Source of the DNA: Octopus vulgaris
Taxonomy: Eukaryota
DNA length: 64,000 bases
Assembly: GCA_951406725.2 (NCBI GenBank)
Contig: OX597834.1
Span: forward strand, 25,172,001-25,236,000
Reading direction: 5' to 3'
The first letter of the stretch is position 1. Each line of letters opens with the position of its first letter. The translations under genes were made by a program, and so were the position numbers. Of this stretch, positions 13,949 through 29,854 are shown one piece after another. Under the pieces are notes generated by a model that saw only the letters and a program-made list of their open reading frames with translations, ran no database searches and was not told where the DNA came from.

Positions 13949-15254
13949 GAGGTTAATGTAGTTTGGATTGTAAAGCTGTCGGGGCGGGGTTGTTGTTGTT
14001 TTTTTCCACATAATAACATATAGGAGACTGAGATTTGAAGTAGGTTGTCCCTGAAACAAACAAGATGCTTGCTAAAAACACACGGAATCGGTGAAGTTTC
14101 ATCCAGTGAGTATGAGTATGAGATGTGGGGGATGCAGAGGAGAAAAGTCTGGAAGATTCTTTGAGAGAAGTATGAAGTATGATGTAGGAAGCCAGAAATA
14201 TGCGCGGATCTTTTCATCGAAGTACTTTAATAGAACCATATTCTCATTGGTCGTTTTACAAATAAAACCCATCACAATCTGTTCAGTACTTCCACGTAGA
14301 TATCTTGCAAACAACTTGCACATGCAAGTGCTACCAGTTAAAAGCTCCGTATATCGGAAGCTAGCAAGTGTATGGGGTCATCAGGAGAGAATGCGCGCCG
14401 TTTCGGGGCCTACCTCTCGACGGCATCAATGCGCACCGGCCCCCCTCACTGATATGAGGCCCCGCTTGCTAGATCAGCTGGTTATGAATAACTCAATATA
14501 CTTCTAGCCATCGCTCATCGTCTCTTTTTAACCAAATTCAGTGGCTAGCCTTCTCCACTGTAGATTGGATATCAGTCATGGTGGTATTGACTTTACGATG
14601 AGTTAGGCCTAACGATAACAACAGTCGTCTCACGCTGTGTCCTACAAACCCTCTACATCCGACTTCGATAGGAAAATGTTCCGCTTTCCAGCCTGCGTCT
14701 TCACATTCCTCAAGGAGGTTTTCATAACACTCTGAATCGTTTTTCTATTTATTTTATCACGTTTCACTGAGAAGGTGGTGAGCTGGCAGAACCGTTTAGA
14801 AACACCTAATAGCATTCCGGCTCTTTACCTTCTGAATTCAAATTCTGCTGACGTCATTTTTGCCTTTAATTATATCGGTGTCGATAAACGACTTATCCCC
14901 TCCTATAAAAGCTTCCGGCGTTACATCGAAATCAGAAAATACTAAATTTCACTAAATTTCAATCAATCAGTCGATTGATCAATCTATCGTTCTATCAAAC
15001 TCATGCATGTCAAACCTACTACCATCAGGTGATCGCGATGTCTTTTAACAGAGATAATCACCACAAGATATTCACATCCAAACGCCAGGTGCTGGGCCAT
15101 TCTTCTCAGCTTTTTTTCATTATTACATAACCTGCAAAACTCCCGCAACATCACTTCTAACATTCCCAAGTTCTTCCAAGCTTTTATTTATGGAATTTTC
15201 TTCATAAAGAAACCTGTTTCACAGAAGCCCATTTCAAAGCATTACGTTATACGG

Positions 15255-15321
<67 letters not shown>

Positions 15322-15665
15322 AGAGAGAGAGAGGGGGGGAGAGAGACAGATATAAAGGAATATATATATGCAAACATACAGTTTGCGTATGTGCATATAT
15401 ATGTACATATACATATATATACATACTTACACACGCACACACACATATATATACCCGCTTATATATATATATATATATACATATGTGAATGTATATAAAG
15501 TTATTAATTACTTCCTTCCAACCAGTTTTATCTGCTATCCCCCATCCCCATCCATCTCCTCCATTCGTATTTCTCTCCAACAACCAAAAATGTCTTCTCC
15601 AATGTTAAGCTTTGCATTCAATTTCTGCTTCTCTTGTAATGGTTCCCTTTTACCAACATTACCGT

Positions 15666-15885
<220 letters not shown>

Positions 15886-16036
15886 ATACACATCATGTAC
15901 GTATGTAGGTATGTATATAAGAGTCTAATATGTAATCATAATATTTATTATATAAATAATATACACAGATACATACACGCACAAATATGTAAATATTGTT
16001 TCTCACTGTCTATCTTGCTCCGTGTTTCGATGTGTA

Positions 16037-16109
<73 letters not shown>

Positions 16110-16386
16110 CGTATTGGTGGTGTGTGCATGTGTGGAAATGCAAGTAGATATTAAAATTCATATGACTGTAGGTATATATTTTATACTCGAATATTAGTCT
16201 TCAAATGTGTGTGTGTGTTTGTGTGTGTGCAGATAGATAGACATATATGTAATCACACTATACATAGTTATCCATGCGTACATCCCCACACACAATTACA
16301 TAGATTTATATATGCATGCATGCATACATGCATACGTAAATACATACATATATGCATCCATCCATCCATCCATACATACATACATA

Positions 16387-16458
<72 letters not shown>

Positions 16459-16526
16459 AGAGGCTGTTAGAGAGAAAAGTGAGTGAGAGAGAAAAAAAGA
16501 ATGACAGAAAAAACGATGTGTGTGTT

Positions 16527-16576
<50 letters not shown>

Positions 16577-16785
16577 TATGTGTGAGCATGAATGCATGTA
16601 CATTAATGTTTATATATGTATGTATATAAACATATATATATATGTGCATATATACATACATTTACGCATACATACATTCGTACATACATATACACATTTA
16701 TATACATATATACACATGCACGCATGCATATATATGTGTGTGAGTGAGTGTGTATTGCATATTTCATAAATTATAATATATATAT

Positions 16786-16826
<41 letters not shown>

Positions 16827-16855
16827 CTATATACTGTTAAGTATATATGTATGTG

Positions 16856-16916
<61 letters not shown>

Positions 16917-17326
16917 GTTAAGTATATTTATAATATATATATCTATATAGAAGGATACATATATATATACACACACACATATGTATCTATATATACACAC
17001 ATACACAGACATACACAACGCATCCACACACACGTACACACACGCACGCACACACACACACATATATGTATCTATATATACACACATATACTGACACACA
17101 CAACGCATCCACACACACGTACACACACGTACACACACGCACACAATCACACACACACACACACATACATTACTATTAATTACTTCCTTCTAACGTGTTT
17201 TATCTGTAAGCCCTATTCATTCGTATTTCTCCACAGAAAATCAAAAACGTGTGTATGTGTACGCGTGTGTCTGTTTATGCGTTTGTGCGTATAAGTGTAA
17301 AAAAATGTGTGTGTTAGTGTGCGTGA

Positions 17327-17370
<44 letters not shown>

Positions 17371-17503
17371 ATGTTTGTGTTTTTCTTTGAGTGCGTTTTC
17401 GTGTGGGTTTACAGGTGAAGAGAAAAGAGGAATGAAAATCCTATCCTAAAAGCAGAGCATCAGGCAATTGCTAACATCAACATCTCTATACAATTGTTCT
17501 TCC

Positions 17504-17551
<48 letters not shown>

Positions 17552-17718
17552 CCTTAGTCATAGATATACATGCAAGCACACAGGAAGAGCAACACATGCA
17601 CACACACACACACTAATACATATGAATAGCCTCGCACACACACACACATACATACATACAAGGGTTCCTCTTCTCCGATATTCAGTTCATTTCTTTCATT
17701 GTAGAGAAGGAAAAAGAA

Positions 17719-17763
<45 letters not shown>

Positions 17764-17864
17764 GGTGGTGGTGGTGGTGGTGGTGGTGGTGGTGGTGGTG
17801 GTGGTGGTGGTGGTGGTGGTGGTGGTGGTGGTGGTGGTGGTGGTGGTGGTGGTGGTGGTGGTGG

Positions 17865-17895
<31 letters not shown>

Positions 17896-17963
17896 AGTGG
17901 TGGTGGTGGTGGTGGTGGTGGTGGTGGTGGTGGTGGTGGTGGTGGTGGTGGTGGTGGTGGTGG

Positions 17964-18019
<56 letters not shown>

Positions 18020-18241
18020 GTGGTAGTGGTGGTGGTGGTGGTGGTGGTGGTGGTGGTGGTGGTGATGATGATGATGATGATGATGACGATGATGATGATG
18101 ATGATGACGATGATGATGATAATGATGATGATGAAGATGATGACGATGATGATGATGGTGGTGGTGGTGGTGGTGGTGGTGGTGGTGGTGATGATGATGA
18201 TGATAATGATGATGATGATGATGATGACGATGATGATGATA

Positions 18242-18291
<50 letters not shown>

Positions 18292-18389
18292 GGTGGTGGT
18301 GGTGGTGGTGGTGGTGGTGGTGGTGATGATGATGATGATGATAATGATGATGATGATGATGATGACGATGATGATGATAATGATGATGA

Positions 18390-18423
<34 letters not shown>

Positions 18424-18446
18424 GGTGGTGGTGGTGGTGGTGGTGG

Positions 18447-18480
<34 letters not shown>

Positions 18481-18522
18481 AATGATAATGATGATGATGA
18501 AGATGATGACGATGATGATGAT
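17719..18522. repeat. ~800-bp compound (GAT)n/(GGT)n array with higher-order block duplications
   Basis: Alternating GAT and GGT blocks; the marker motif gac-gat-gat-gat-aat recurs. Confidence 0.97.
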
Positions 18523-18986
18523 CAACAACAGTTACTCCAAGGAAATAATTGGACGAAAATTCTAACTTGATGCGCTAAGAACGAATATCTGTTTGTTGTA
18601 GATTTGAAAGTTTCACAAGAATTCGGTTCAGTTCGGTTCAGTATTTTCATTGATCTTATTTGTTTATTGATTCTGTCGTTTATTTGATCCTATTCTCCCT
18701 GCAAACCAAGTCAAGTTTGTTGACAGGAATGAAATGGGACGTAAGAAAAAGTGTTGAGGTGTTGGGATTAATTTTGGAAATGAATGAGATGAATAGTGTC
18801 GTGTGAAAGACACGGACTGGACTGGGTTAAAGACCGAATACATGGCCATTCAATCAGAATATTGTAGACAAGGTATTGTAGTCAAAGAAATGTCATATTG
18901 AAGATGAGGAACGGGCAAGTAAAGCAGTAAGTTTGGAATTAAGTAAAGATTATTATAATATATATGGACACGATCTGTCCTTATAT

Positions 18987-19397
18987 TACTCTTTTACTCT
19001 TTTACTTGTTTCAGTCATTTGACGGCGGCCATGCTGGAGCACCGCCTTTAGTCGAGCAAATCGACCCGGGACTTATTCTTTATAAGGCCAGTACTTATTC
19101 TATCGGTCTCTTTTGCCGAACCGCTATGTGACGGGGACGTAAACACACCAGCATCGGTTGTCAAGCAATGCTAAGGGGACAAACACAGACACACAATCAT
19201 ATACACACACACTTATATATATATACATATATACGACATGCTTCTTTCAGTTTCCATCTACCAAATCCACTCACAAGGCTTTGGTCGGCCCAAGGCTATA
19301 GTAGAAGACACTTGCCCAAGGTGCCACGAAGTGGGACTGAACCCGGAACCATGTGGTTGGTTAGCAAGCTACTTACCACACAGCCACTCCTGCGCCT
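18987..19397 (-). mobile_element. SINE family B, full length
   Basis: Reverse complement of the 13530-13948 consensus. Confidence 0.9.
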
Positions 19398-19407
19398 ATA
19401 TCTTATA

Positions 19408-19826
19408 TATTTCTTTATTGCTCACAAGGGGCTAAACATAGAGGGGACAAACAAGGACAGACAAACGGCTTAAGTCGATTACATCGACCCCAGTGCGTAA
19501 CTGGTACTTATTTAATCGACCCCGAAAGGATGAATGGCAAAGTCGACCTCGGCGGAATTTGAACTCAGAACGTAAAAAGACGGACGAAATACCCATTTCT
19601 TTACTACCCACATGGAGCTAAACACAGAGGGGACAAACAAGGACAGACAAACGGGTTAAGTCGATTACATCGACCCCAGTGCGTAACTGGTACTTATTTA
19701 ATCGACCCCGAAAGGATGAAAGGCAAAGTCGACCTCGGCGGAATTTGAACTCAGAACGTAGCGGCAGACGAAATACCGCTAAGCATTTCGCCCGGCGCAC
19801 TAACGTGTCTGCCAGCTCGCCGCCTT
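19408..19826 (-). mobile_element. SINE family A, 1.5-mer
   Basis: Same consensus; tandem partial duplication with junction near 19590. Confidence 0.9.
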
Positions 19827-20171
19827 CTCTCCTTATATATTATAAGGACACAGATCGTGTCGTATAGCAAAGTGGAGACGATGTCTCCTGAGGCTAAATT
19901 ACAGCAACATTCGTCTTATACCAGGACTGCCATATTATGTTCGCAAATAATCTTTACTTCTAGAGTACTATTGTTGAATATTTCTCGTTGATAGATTTAC
20001 AAATAGTAATTTTCTAATTTGGAATTTAGTCATAAAATCGTCGTGGGAACCGCTTGGAGAAGAAAGCTATGGTGGAGCATGATGTAGAAAACGGAAACTG
20101 TCAGGATGCAGCTCCTCTTCAGAGCTGTAAAGAAAGGTATGTTGTTATGTGCAGCCAATATTAGTGGGTGC

Positions 20172-20385
20172 GAAGGTAGTGAACTGGCAGAATCGTTAGC
20201 ACGTCGGGCAAAATGCATAGCGACATTTCATCCGTCTTAACGCTCTGGGTTCAAATGTCGTCGCGGTCGATTATGCCTTTCATCCTTTCTGGGTCGATAA
20301 AATAAATACCAGTTGAGTACTGGGGTCGATTTAATCGATTCCTCCTACCCCCGAAATTTTTGGCTTCGTACCAAAGTTTGAAGGT
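20172..20385 (+). mobile_element. SINE family A (older subfamily)
   Basis: aaggtagtgaactggcagaatcgttagc...gcctttcatcctttctgggtcgataaaataaataccag. Confidence 0.75.
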
Positions 20386-21103
20386 AATAATAGGAGGTGC
20401 TGGATTTTTTGTTATTGAAACAGAAGATCATTGTTCAGTCAAGATGTAAGTTATCTCCTGGATGTCTGGCGACACAACCAAATATTGAGTATCATTAGTG
20501 ATGCACCAAAACAATGCTGAAGCAATGAGTGCAGTGAGAATCAACACCAATTTGCACCTTGATGTATTAAAGAATGAAGGTGAGAGGGAGAGCAATAGAG
20601 GAACCTAAGCAAAGGAAAGCCAAGACTCAGAAAGGGGAAGGTAGATTGGAAGGAAGCCTTCTTGTCCTTAAGCCATATTATAATTAGGAAATAATGCCCT
20701 GATCTTAGAACTTGCTCTGACTTGACAACGAAGTTCTGATTGTGAGAAGAAGAGAACCGCTGAGAAAGCAATATGGCGGGGACACGTGTTCTTCAGTTGA
20801 AAGTTGTTGAAGTGAATTTCACCGAGAGTAAGTTATAATATGTAAAATATTTAAAGTGTTTATTTATTGATCATGTTTGCATTAGAGGACGAAAAACATT
20901 AGGGAGAAGGAAGAGAAGGAAGAGAAGGAGGCAGTTGAAGTAGTGGCAATGGCAGTGATGGAGAGTAGAAAGTTCGAAGGAAGGTGAGGAGGAACCATGA
21001 CTGAATAAAAATTGAATAAAATCAGACGATATTGATTACGCGAATTATCTCAAGTCCTAGTGTACATGTCATTAAAGTATTCATTTATACACATTATACA
21101 TGC

Positions 21104-21168
<65 letters not shown>

Positions 21169-21257
21169 CACACATATGCATACCTATAACTATATATATA
21201 TATAGTATATACACACTATACATATGTGCATATATATATACACACACACATGCATAC

Positions 21258-21292
<35 letters not shown>

Positions 21293-21408
21293 CATAGGTT
21301 GTCAGTCAGTTGTTTTTTGTTTATTTTTTATATTCCGTCTTTGTTTCATTATTTCTCTTTTATGAACAATACACACGTATGTGCAGTGTTCGTATATGTT
21401 TCTGTATG

Positions 21409-21455
<47 letters not shown>

Positions 21456-21500
21456 ATGTATGTATAAGTGCATGAATGCATGTACATATATGCATGTGTA

Positions 21501-21541
<41 letters not shown>

Positions 21542-21612
21542 TATATAGATAAGTATGTGTATCTATATACATATATATACTGAGAATACATATACATACA
21601 AAACACCCTCAA

Positions 21613-21654
<42 letters not shown>

Positions 21655-22036
21655 TTATGTATAAATACACATATATATATATAATATGTATACATACGCA
21701 TATTACATAGTTTCATATAAATATGCACATATGCATGCAAGTACACACACACTCATTCTTAGATTTATGTATCCACACACTCTTACATATACACAAACGT
21801 ACATTACATACATACAAACGCATACACGTACCTACATACATACGTAACTACACACCAACACAGACATGTACATCCCTAAACACACACACACACACACATG
21901 TATGTTGAAAAGATTTTTTTCAAGATGAAGCCATAAGAAATTCGAAATGAAATAACTTTTAGTCTATCGCTACGCTCATGCTTATCGCTGCAGGGTGTAT
22001 ATAGATTGGTGTGAGTACATGCTTGTAAAATATTTG

Positions 22037-22155
<119 letters not shown>

Positions 22156-22672
22156 CACCTTTCTACACACACACCTGTGCCCATACATACACGTTTACAC
22201 TGACATGCGGCCAATGACCGAAGAAACGCAGGTAATTACTTATCTATAAAATTATTCAATATATTAAATATATTATGAGGAGATTTGAAGAATTACGTGT
22301 TTCTCAGGTAATGAGATGGAGAAAACTTAACCGTATATTCATATCTACCTCTCTACTTATATATCTCTCACACTCTTTCTCTCTCTTTCTCTTTTTCTTT
22401 CTCTGTCTATCTATCTATTTATGTCTGTGTGTCTATCTACCTGTTTATCGATCTATTTAACCTATCTACCTATCTATCTACCTGTCTATGTGTATGTATG
22501 TGTATGTGAGTATGTGTGTGTGTCTGCCTTCTGTCTATCTGTCATTCTATCGTCCTGCTTGACTGTTTGGTCTGTTTATGCATGTATGTATGTATGTATG
22601 TATGTATGTATGTATGTATGTATGTATGTATGTATGTATGTATGTATGTGTGTATATATGTATGTATGCATG

Positions 22673-22729
<57 letters not shown>

Positions 22730-22781
22730 GTCTGCCAATCTATTTACCTATCTTTCTATTTATCCATCTCTCAGTCTACGC

Positions 22782-22838
<57 letters not shown>

Positions 22839-22926
22839 CGAGAAAGAGAGAGAGGGAGATAGATAGATTTGTGTGTTTTTATGCATACATATATATATGT
22901 GTGTGTATATTTGTGTGTGTATGTTT

Positions 22927-22963
<37 letters not shown>

Positions 22964-24651
22964 TACGTACGTATATTAGTGTATATGGTTTTGGAGAGGT
23001 CGACTATATGTATGTATATTAGTGCTTATGGTTTTTATAGAGGTCGACTATATTTGTGTATTCGTGGCACTCTGCTATCATCATATTCTAAAATTCTATT
23101 CAAGTATAAATGCCAAGTTGAATAAAGCTGATTGGTTAAGCTTTAGGTTAATTAAAATATTGGAATAACCAATCACAATTCTTTCTTCTAACTAGAACTA
23201 GTGTCTTGCAATATCATTTTGTTTTATTTTTTGTATCTAAAAAAAAAAATATGAAGAGCTCTTATGCTCTAAACGACAGTTTTCACCATTTCAACCGATG
23301 GTATTTGTAGCAGACAACTTCAACCCCACTCGCGAACGGTGTACGAGCCAACGACGAAGCCCCTACGTGGTCGCTCGATCTGTTATAAATAACAGCCAAA
23401 TCTCTCTTTAAATCATGCGTTCTTTGGGTTAGTAAATGTGGAAGGTCTCATTGGTTAATCTAATTGTAAGAACACAGTGATTAATAAGTTACTAATTACT
23501 GTGTAATAATTAGGTAATTTTTAATTATTAACCTGCTCCCAACAAGTTAATTGGGTTAATTACACTGTGTAATACGATTTTTGTCTTAGGGTAGCAACTG
23601 TTAATTCCTATTTGTTTACCCCTAGAAAATATTAAAAATGGCTAACATTTCCTTCAGACTTTGTTTTTGTTACATTTATTCAAACACCAAAGAATCACTC
23701 TCACCACATGGCTATGATGCTCCCCCACTACATCTGCTCATGAGCAGAAATGCACATAATGTTAACCACTGAGGGACATGCTCAAATGGTTATGGTCAAG
23801 CAACTTATAAGTTAATTTGTGGTATTGAACGGAATATTTGCTATAATGATATATCTGCTTCAGCAACTCAGCGCTGAATCTGTCTGAAATGTAATGGAAA
23901 ATAGGTCAGTTTCAAGCATTGATGTCTAGGTCAGAAAAGCAAAGTTTGGAGAGAATAGAAATCATTTCCATTGATCTCTAGAAAGAAGCAAGTAGGAAAT
24001 AACACTTACCGAAGACAAAAATGAATTAAAACTTTTGTTACGTAGTATTATTGTTGATTTCTGTTATGACAGCCATTGTTAAAGACAGGTTTGTAGGCGA
24101 TGGGGTTGTTATCTCTTTATCTGTCTGGTTGGTCAGGTCGGGGTTTGAAAACTCAGATTATAAAATCCCGTACAAATATGACAATGGATTAGTGGAATCG
24201 TTAAGACACCGGAGGAAATGTCACGCGGTAATCGTTCCGCCTCTGAGCGCTCTGAGTTCAAATTCTGCCGAGGTTCACTCCGTCTTTTGCCCTTTTAGGG
24301 TCGTTAAAAAGTACCAGTCGAGAGGGTTGGATTGGTGGAAATGCAAAAACGCTGAGACCAGATGCCTAGTGGTATTTGTTACCGTTCTCTTGAGGTATTT
24401 GCTTTACCATGACCTACAAAGGTGGAAGACTTAAACCATCGCGCGGTTTATCCTGAGCCCCACCCATCCTTAGCACTGTGAGTACTTTCAATGGAATCCA
24501 CCCTGTTGCAAACCTTCGGAATGGGTCTCGAGTTTGCAGGTACCTACCCATCTACCTCACACAAGACTCGGAAGCTCTGTAAAGAGTACATTGCCTTCAG
24601 TCCTTACTATTAGATAGAAAAAATGGTACGCATCGGACAAATTCTCTAATA

Positions 24652-24872
24652 ATACCTGTTTCTTTATTACCCACAAGGGGACAAACAAGCACAGACATAG
24701 GTATTAAGTCGATTACATCGACCCCAGTGCGTAACTGGTACTTAATTTATCGACCGCGAAAGGATGAAAGGCAAAGTCGACCTCGGCGGAATTTGAACTC
24801 ACAACGTAACGCAGACGAAATACCGCTAAGCATTTCGCCCGGCGTGCTAACGTTTCTGCCAGCTCGCCGCCT
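24652..24872 (-). mobile_element. SINE family A, followed by a degenerate copy to ~25047
   Basis: Consensus match; taataatacc flanks both sides. Confidence 0.85.
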
Positions 24873-25614
24873 AATAATAATACCGCTAGTTCACTGCCCT
24901 AGCAGTTACACTTTATTTTACCAACCTCTGAAAATTGAAAGGCAAAATTGGTGCCGATGGGATTTGAACTCAGAGCGAAGTAAGTCGGAATAAATTCTGC
25001 CAAGTATTTTATCTGACACCGTAACACTTCTGCCAGTTTGCGGCCTTAGACCTAGATGCAAAATATTTTAAAATATAAAAGGATTGGCATGGCTGAAACA
25101 CCTTTCATCGTTGATCTTCTTGCTCAAGAATGATCTGTTGGGTAAATATCAGCTAACCATATACAGAAGAAGCATATTAATCCAAATATTTAGAGCTTTC
25201 CAAAGAAATACTGTCACTTGTCCGATTTTATTCGACTACAGGTGACATAAGGGTTTGAAACTCTGGTTACGGTAATAGTTTTTAGATCTTTATTTAATTA
25301 CGCCAGGTCATTCTACGGATAACGTTGCTTCCACATACACGCACACCCGACCGTGTGCATATATATATACTACAAGTAGTATTGCTCTACTAAATGGCCA
25401 GACATTAGTATCAAAGATGAGGTGACTTAATTTACAGTTTGCGTTGGGGAGGAATTGTGAATTTTTGTTTTGCTAAAGAATTCCGAGAGTAGGGGTCACT
25501 GTAAACTGCTCGATTTCGATTGTGAATTTCTTTTTCATAGCGGTAGAATACAACTAAAAGTGTGAAGAATTTTATCCGACCGCACATTCCCTCACTATGC
25601 GGCTGCTGCTGCTG

Positions 25615-25661
<47 letters not shown>

Positions 25662-25721
25662 GATGATGATGATGATGATGATGATGACGGTGGCGATGGC
25701 GATGACGACGACGATGACAAC

Positions 25722-25767
<46 letters not shown>

Positions 25768-25843
25768 CTGATGATGCTGATGAAGAAAAAAATTAACAAA
25801 AGCAGCAACAAAGACAAAATGAACAACAACAACAATAATAATT

Positions 25844-25883
<40 letters not shown>

Positions 25884-26066
25884 TGATGTTTTTTGACATC
25901 GACACGGAAAAGTTAAGGAGAAGAGAAAAACAATCGATTAATTCGATGAATAAAAAAACAACTTAATTGAAGTTAATAAAATAATAAAACAAATTGGCCA
26001 GACATTAGTATCAAAGACTTCAAAGGCCATAATGGTTATTGGTTGTTTATTGTACGATAGATCGAC

Positions 26067-26135
<69 letters not shown>

Positions 26136-26138
26136 AAG

Positions 26139-26203
<65 letters not shown>

Positions 26204-26517
26204 TGGGTGGATAGAAAGAGAGAGAGAGTGAGAGAGAGTAAGACAGACAGACAGTTAAACAGACATATATATATATATATATATATGTATGAATATAGAT
26301 GAATATAGATAGATAGATAGATAGATAGATAGATGAAGAAAAAGTAATATTCGGACGGATGGACGGAAGTAAATGCGAACAGAAGTTTGGAAACCAAAAT
26401 AAAATAATAATAATGCATTTAAACGTATAACGTATCGATTGATTAGTGAGAATATAGAAAGGCTAATAGATAGGTACATTGATAGAGTGAGAGAATCAGA
26501 CGATAACTCGCACAAAC

Positions 26518-26552
<35 letters not shown>

Positions 26553-26561
26553 AACGAACAG

Positions 26562-26675
<114 letters not shown>

Positions 26676-26698
26676 GTTGTTTATATCGTCTGTCTGTG

Positions 26699-26745
<47 letters not shown>

Positions 26746-27274
26746 ACAGACAGACGCATATAAACGAACAGATACATATACACGCACAAATACACAGATA
26801 CAGACATATTTTACATTATTCACCAATAACACCCCCAACAAGTTAGTCATTTGTCGAGTTTCAACAGTAATTTATTTCAACACAGCTCACCTAACAAATT
26901 AGATTTATTTTGCTATTTGCATCATTTGTTTTCCGTTCCAAATTTGCCTCAGGCCTCATTTTTATTGGTCAGGATGAAAACAATACGTGCAGATTCTTCA
27001 AATTTCCGTTTCACTAAACAAGGAAACTTATAACGTGTAAAGAATAAATGGAGATTATATGTCCGTAAGTCAAGACAACGACAAAAAAGAAAATGGACGA
27101 AAGACGTGGATGGGTGTATAGATTTGTTTATAGTTGGCTGTTTAGATTTCTTTCTTTATATTGGGTTGTTTATACTTGTTTATATTTGATTGTTTTTAGT
27201 TGGTTTAAAAGTACAACTTAAACATTGTTATGATTGGAAATGTGTTTGTCTTATTGCAACTGATATATGTACAC

Positions 27275-27415
27275 ACACACACACATATACAGCCATAGAC
27301 ACACACACACATATACAGCCATAGACACACACACACAGATACAGCCATAGACACACACACACACACAGATACAGCCATAGACACACACACACAGATACAG
27401 CCATAGACACACATA
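27275..27415 (+). repeat. Minisatellite: (AC)n-gatacagccatag, five units of ~24-30 bp
   Basis: tacagccatagacacacac is repeated five times. Confidence 0.9.
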
Positions 27416-27507
27416 CATTTATGCATATATACTTACATACATACACGCATACACACACACACATATGTATGTATGTATAAATATTATATATAATCTATTA
27501 AACACTC

Positions 27508-27648
<141 letters not shown>

Positions 27649-28669
27649 CTATGTATATGTTTATATTTATGTAATAATATATGATTGATATATGATAAAG
27701 TGACATAAAATAAATAAATGAGTGAAGGTTTATGTATGCATTTGTGTATGTGTATGTATCTATCTAGGTATCTATATGTATATGTATACATTTATATACA
27801 GTATATATTCTTGCTTTTATGCCTAGTTTATAAGAAAACCAATCTTGCATTAAATTAAAGGATTATTCGTTATTCCTTGTTGAATAGATATTTTTTAGTG
27901 TCGACAATGACTTCGAAATTTCAATCGCCTTTTCCTTCATCGGACTCATCTATACGAGGAGGCACCCAAAAGAAACCTAATTTTTCAATATTATTTTATT
28001 CACTAAGTTTTTCATGATCACATGTAACTATTGCGTAGTGATGCCTTTTAACGACTCTGTCGTCTTTTCTCGTATTTGAATCTTGGCATTATATAGTCTC
28101 TGGTCAGTTTAGAGTCGACCTATTCCAGAAAAAATTAAACTTACCAGAGAATGAATGGATTTGGCAGTTCCATCACAAACTGAACCTACAACAATGAATT
28201 ATTGATCTATTGAACCAAGTTGAACTCAAATGTACCACAGTCCGATGAGGTCAAAATTTTGCAGTCACGGCCAACGGGAAAGATGCCCAGTGATATACAT
28301 CTGGAAAAACTGGTACCTAACTTTGGCTTGGTAAGTTATACAAACAGCCTGTTTCAACGGACTGCTTCAACGAAGTCGCGTCTTGTCCTTACCTTCGAAA
28401 CGCGGAGTATATAAAACAGGGACAACTGAGGAAGGGGAATATTCTTTATGCTGTATGTCTCGTTTCTATGTTTTTGTTTTTATGTTTTCGTTTCTCATTG
28501 TGTTCAACGTTTTTTTTATGTCCTGTACCCATATATGCATGTATATATACATATATATATGTAGGTATGTACATATATGTATGTATATATGCATATATTT
28601 ATATATTATATTATTATATGATCGAACGCCACGCATCCTTTTCCAAGTTCTATATATATATATATATAT

Positions 28670-29301
28670 ATTTAAACATAATAAATAATATTAGGGTAAT
28701 AAGAATTATAGAAATTATTATTACCAGTGTCCTAGCACAAAAAAAATTAGTCAATAGACTATATATTATTCACATAAAAATATCGTGTACATTAAAACAC
28801 ATTAAGTGGCTTCCAAATAGGAAAGCCTTGTACTATTTAAACATATATAGTCTATTTACTAAATTTTTTTTGTGCTAGGCCACTGGTAATAAACATTTCT
28901 ATAATTCTTATTACCCTAATATTATTTATTATGCTTAAATATTTTTTGATAAATTTGTTCGAAATTTTACCGACATCCTCTCTGTCGCCGGAAATAAACT
29001 GCATCTGCGCAGTGGATTTAAAGTTAGAATATACAGACAGCAAGTTTACATGCGGATCTAGTTGTGTGTATATTTAAAATCTAAAGGCTACCTACTGATG
29101 AAGACTGGCCTCAGTAAATATTTTTTACTGAAATTAGTCAGAAACCATGGTCTAGGAACTAATTTAGATGGTAAACGTTTTTAATTTTCATTCCTTTCGA
29201 GAATTTATCCCTAATTAGTGGTTTGCGTTTTCTACTGCTCTTTCTAGCACAAGGCTTTCCTATTTGGAAGCCTCTTAATGTGTTTTAATGTACACGATAT
29301 T

Positions 29302-29305
<4 letters not shown>
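28670..29305. mobile_element. Penelope-like fold-back remnant with overlapping inverted repeats and hammerhead H3
   Basis: IR pair 1 is ~28670-28765 vs ~28843-28940. IR pair 2 is ~28780-28833 vs ~29245-29300. The remnant is flanked by TA/GT microsatellites. Confidence 0.65.
29091..29156 (+). ncRNA. Type I hammerhead ribozyme motif (family H3)
   Basis: ccta CTGATGA a gactgg..tcagtaaa[..]tttactga..ttagtc a GAAA ccatgg TC tagg. Stem I ccta/tagg, long stem II with an A.A closing mismatch, palindromic CCATGG, GUC triplet. Confidence 0.75.
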
Positions 29306-29351
<46 letters not shown>

Positions 29352-29369
29352 TATGTGTGTGTGTGTGTG

Positions 29370-29406
<37 letters not shown>

Positions 29407-29765
29407 GTGTGTGTGTGTGTGTTGAGTGTATGTGTGTGTATTATGTATATTCAAATCAGCTTCAGTGTTCGTTTTAACCAGAAAGGATGTTTAGAATAAA
29501 GTGTGAACGTTTGTATATAAAGAACAAAGCCGAAAGAAAAAACATCCAAATATTCCCTTAAGAAAGGAGCGAAATTTATGTGGGAGATTAAACACTTATT
29601 AATTATTTATAATTTTTTATTTTATTAATAATTGCAAATAATTTTTTGAATTGAATTTATTGAACATTGAGGTATAAAAGAAGAGTTTCCATATATAGTG
29701 TCCATATATGTGTGTGTGTGTATATATGTATATATATATGTAATGTCCATATCTATCTATCTATC

Positions 29766-29854
<89 letters not shown>

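Noticed and set aside
20420-20800. Possible LINE endonuclease remnant
   Set aside because: Too decayed to assign by eye.
27275-27415. Regularly spaced repeats resembling a CRISPR array
   Set aside because: The spacers are (AC)n, there are no cas genes, and the context is eukaryotic; it is a minisatellite.
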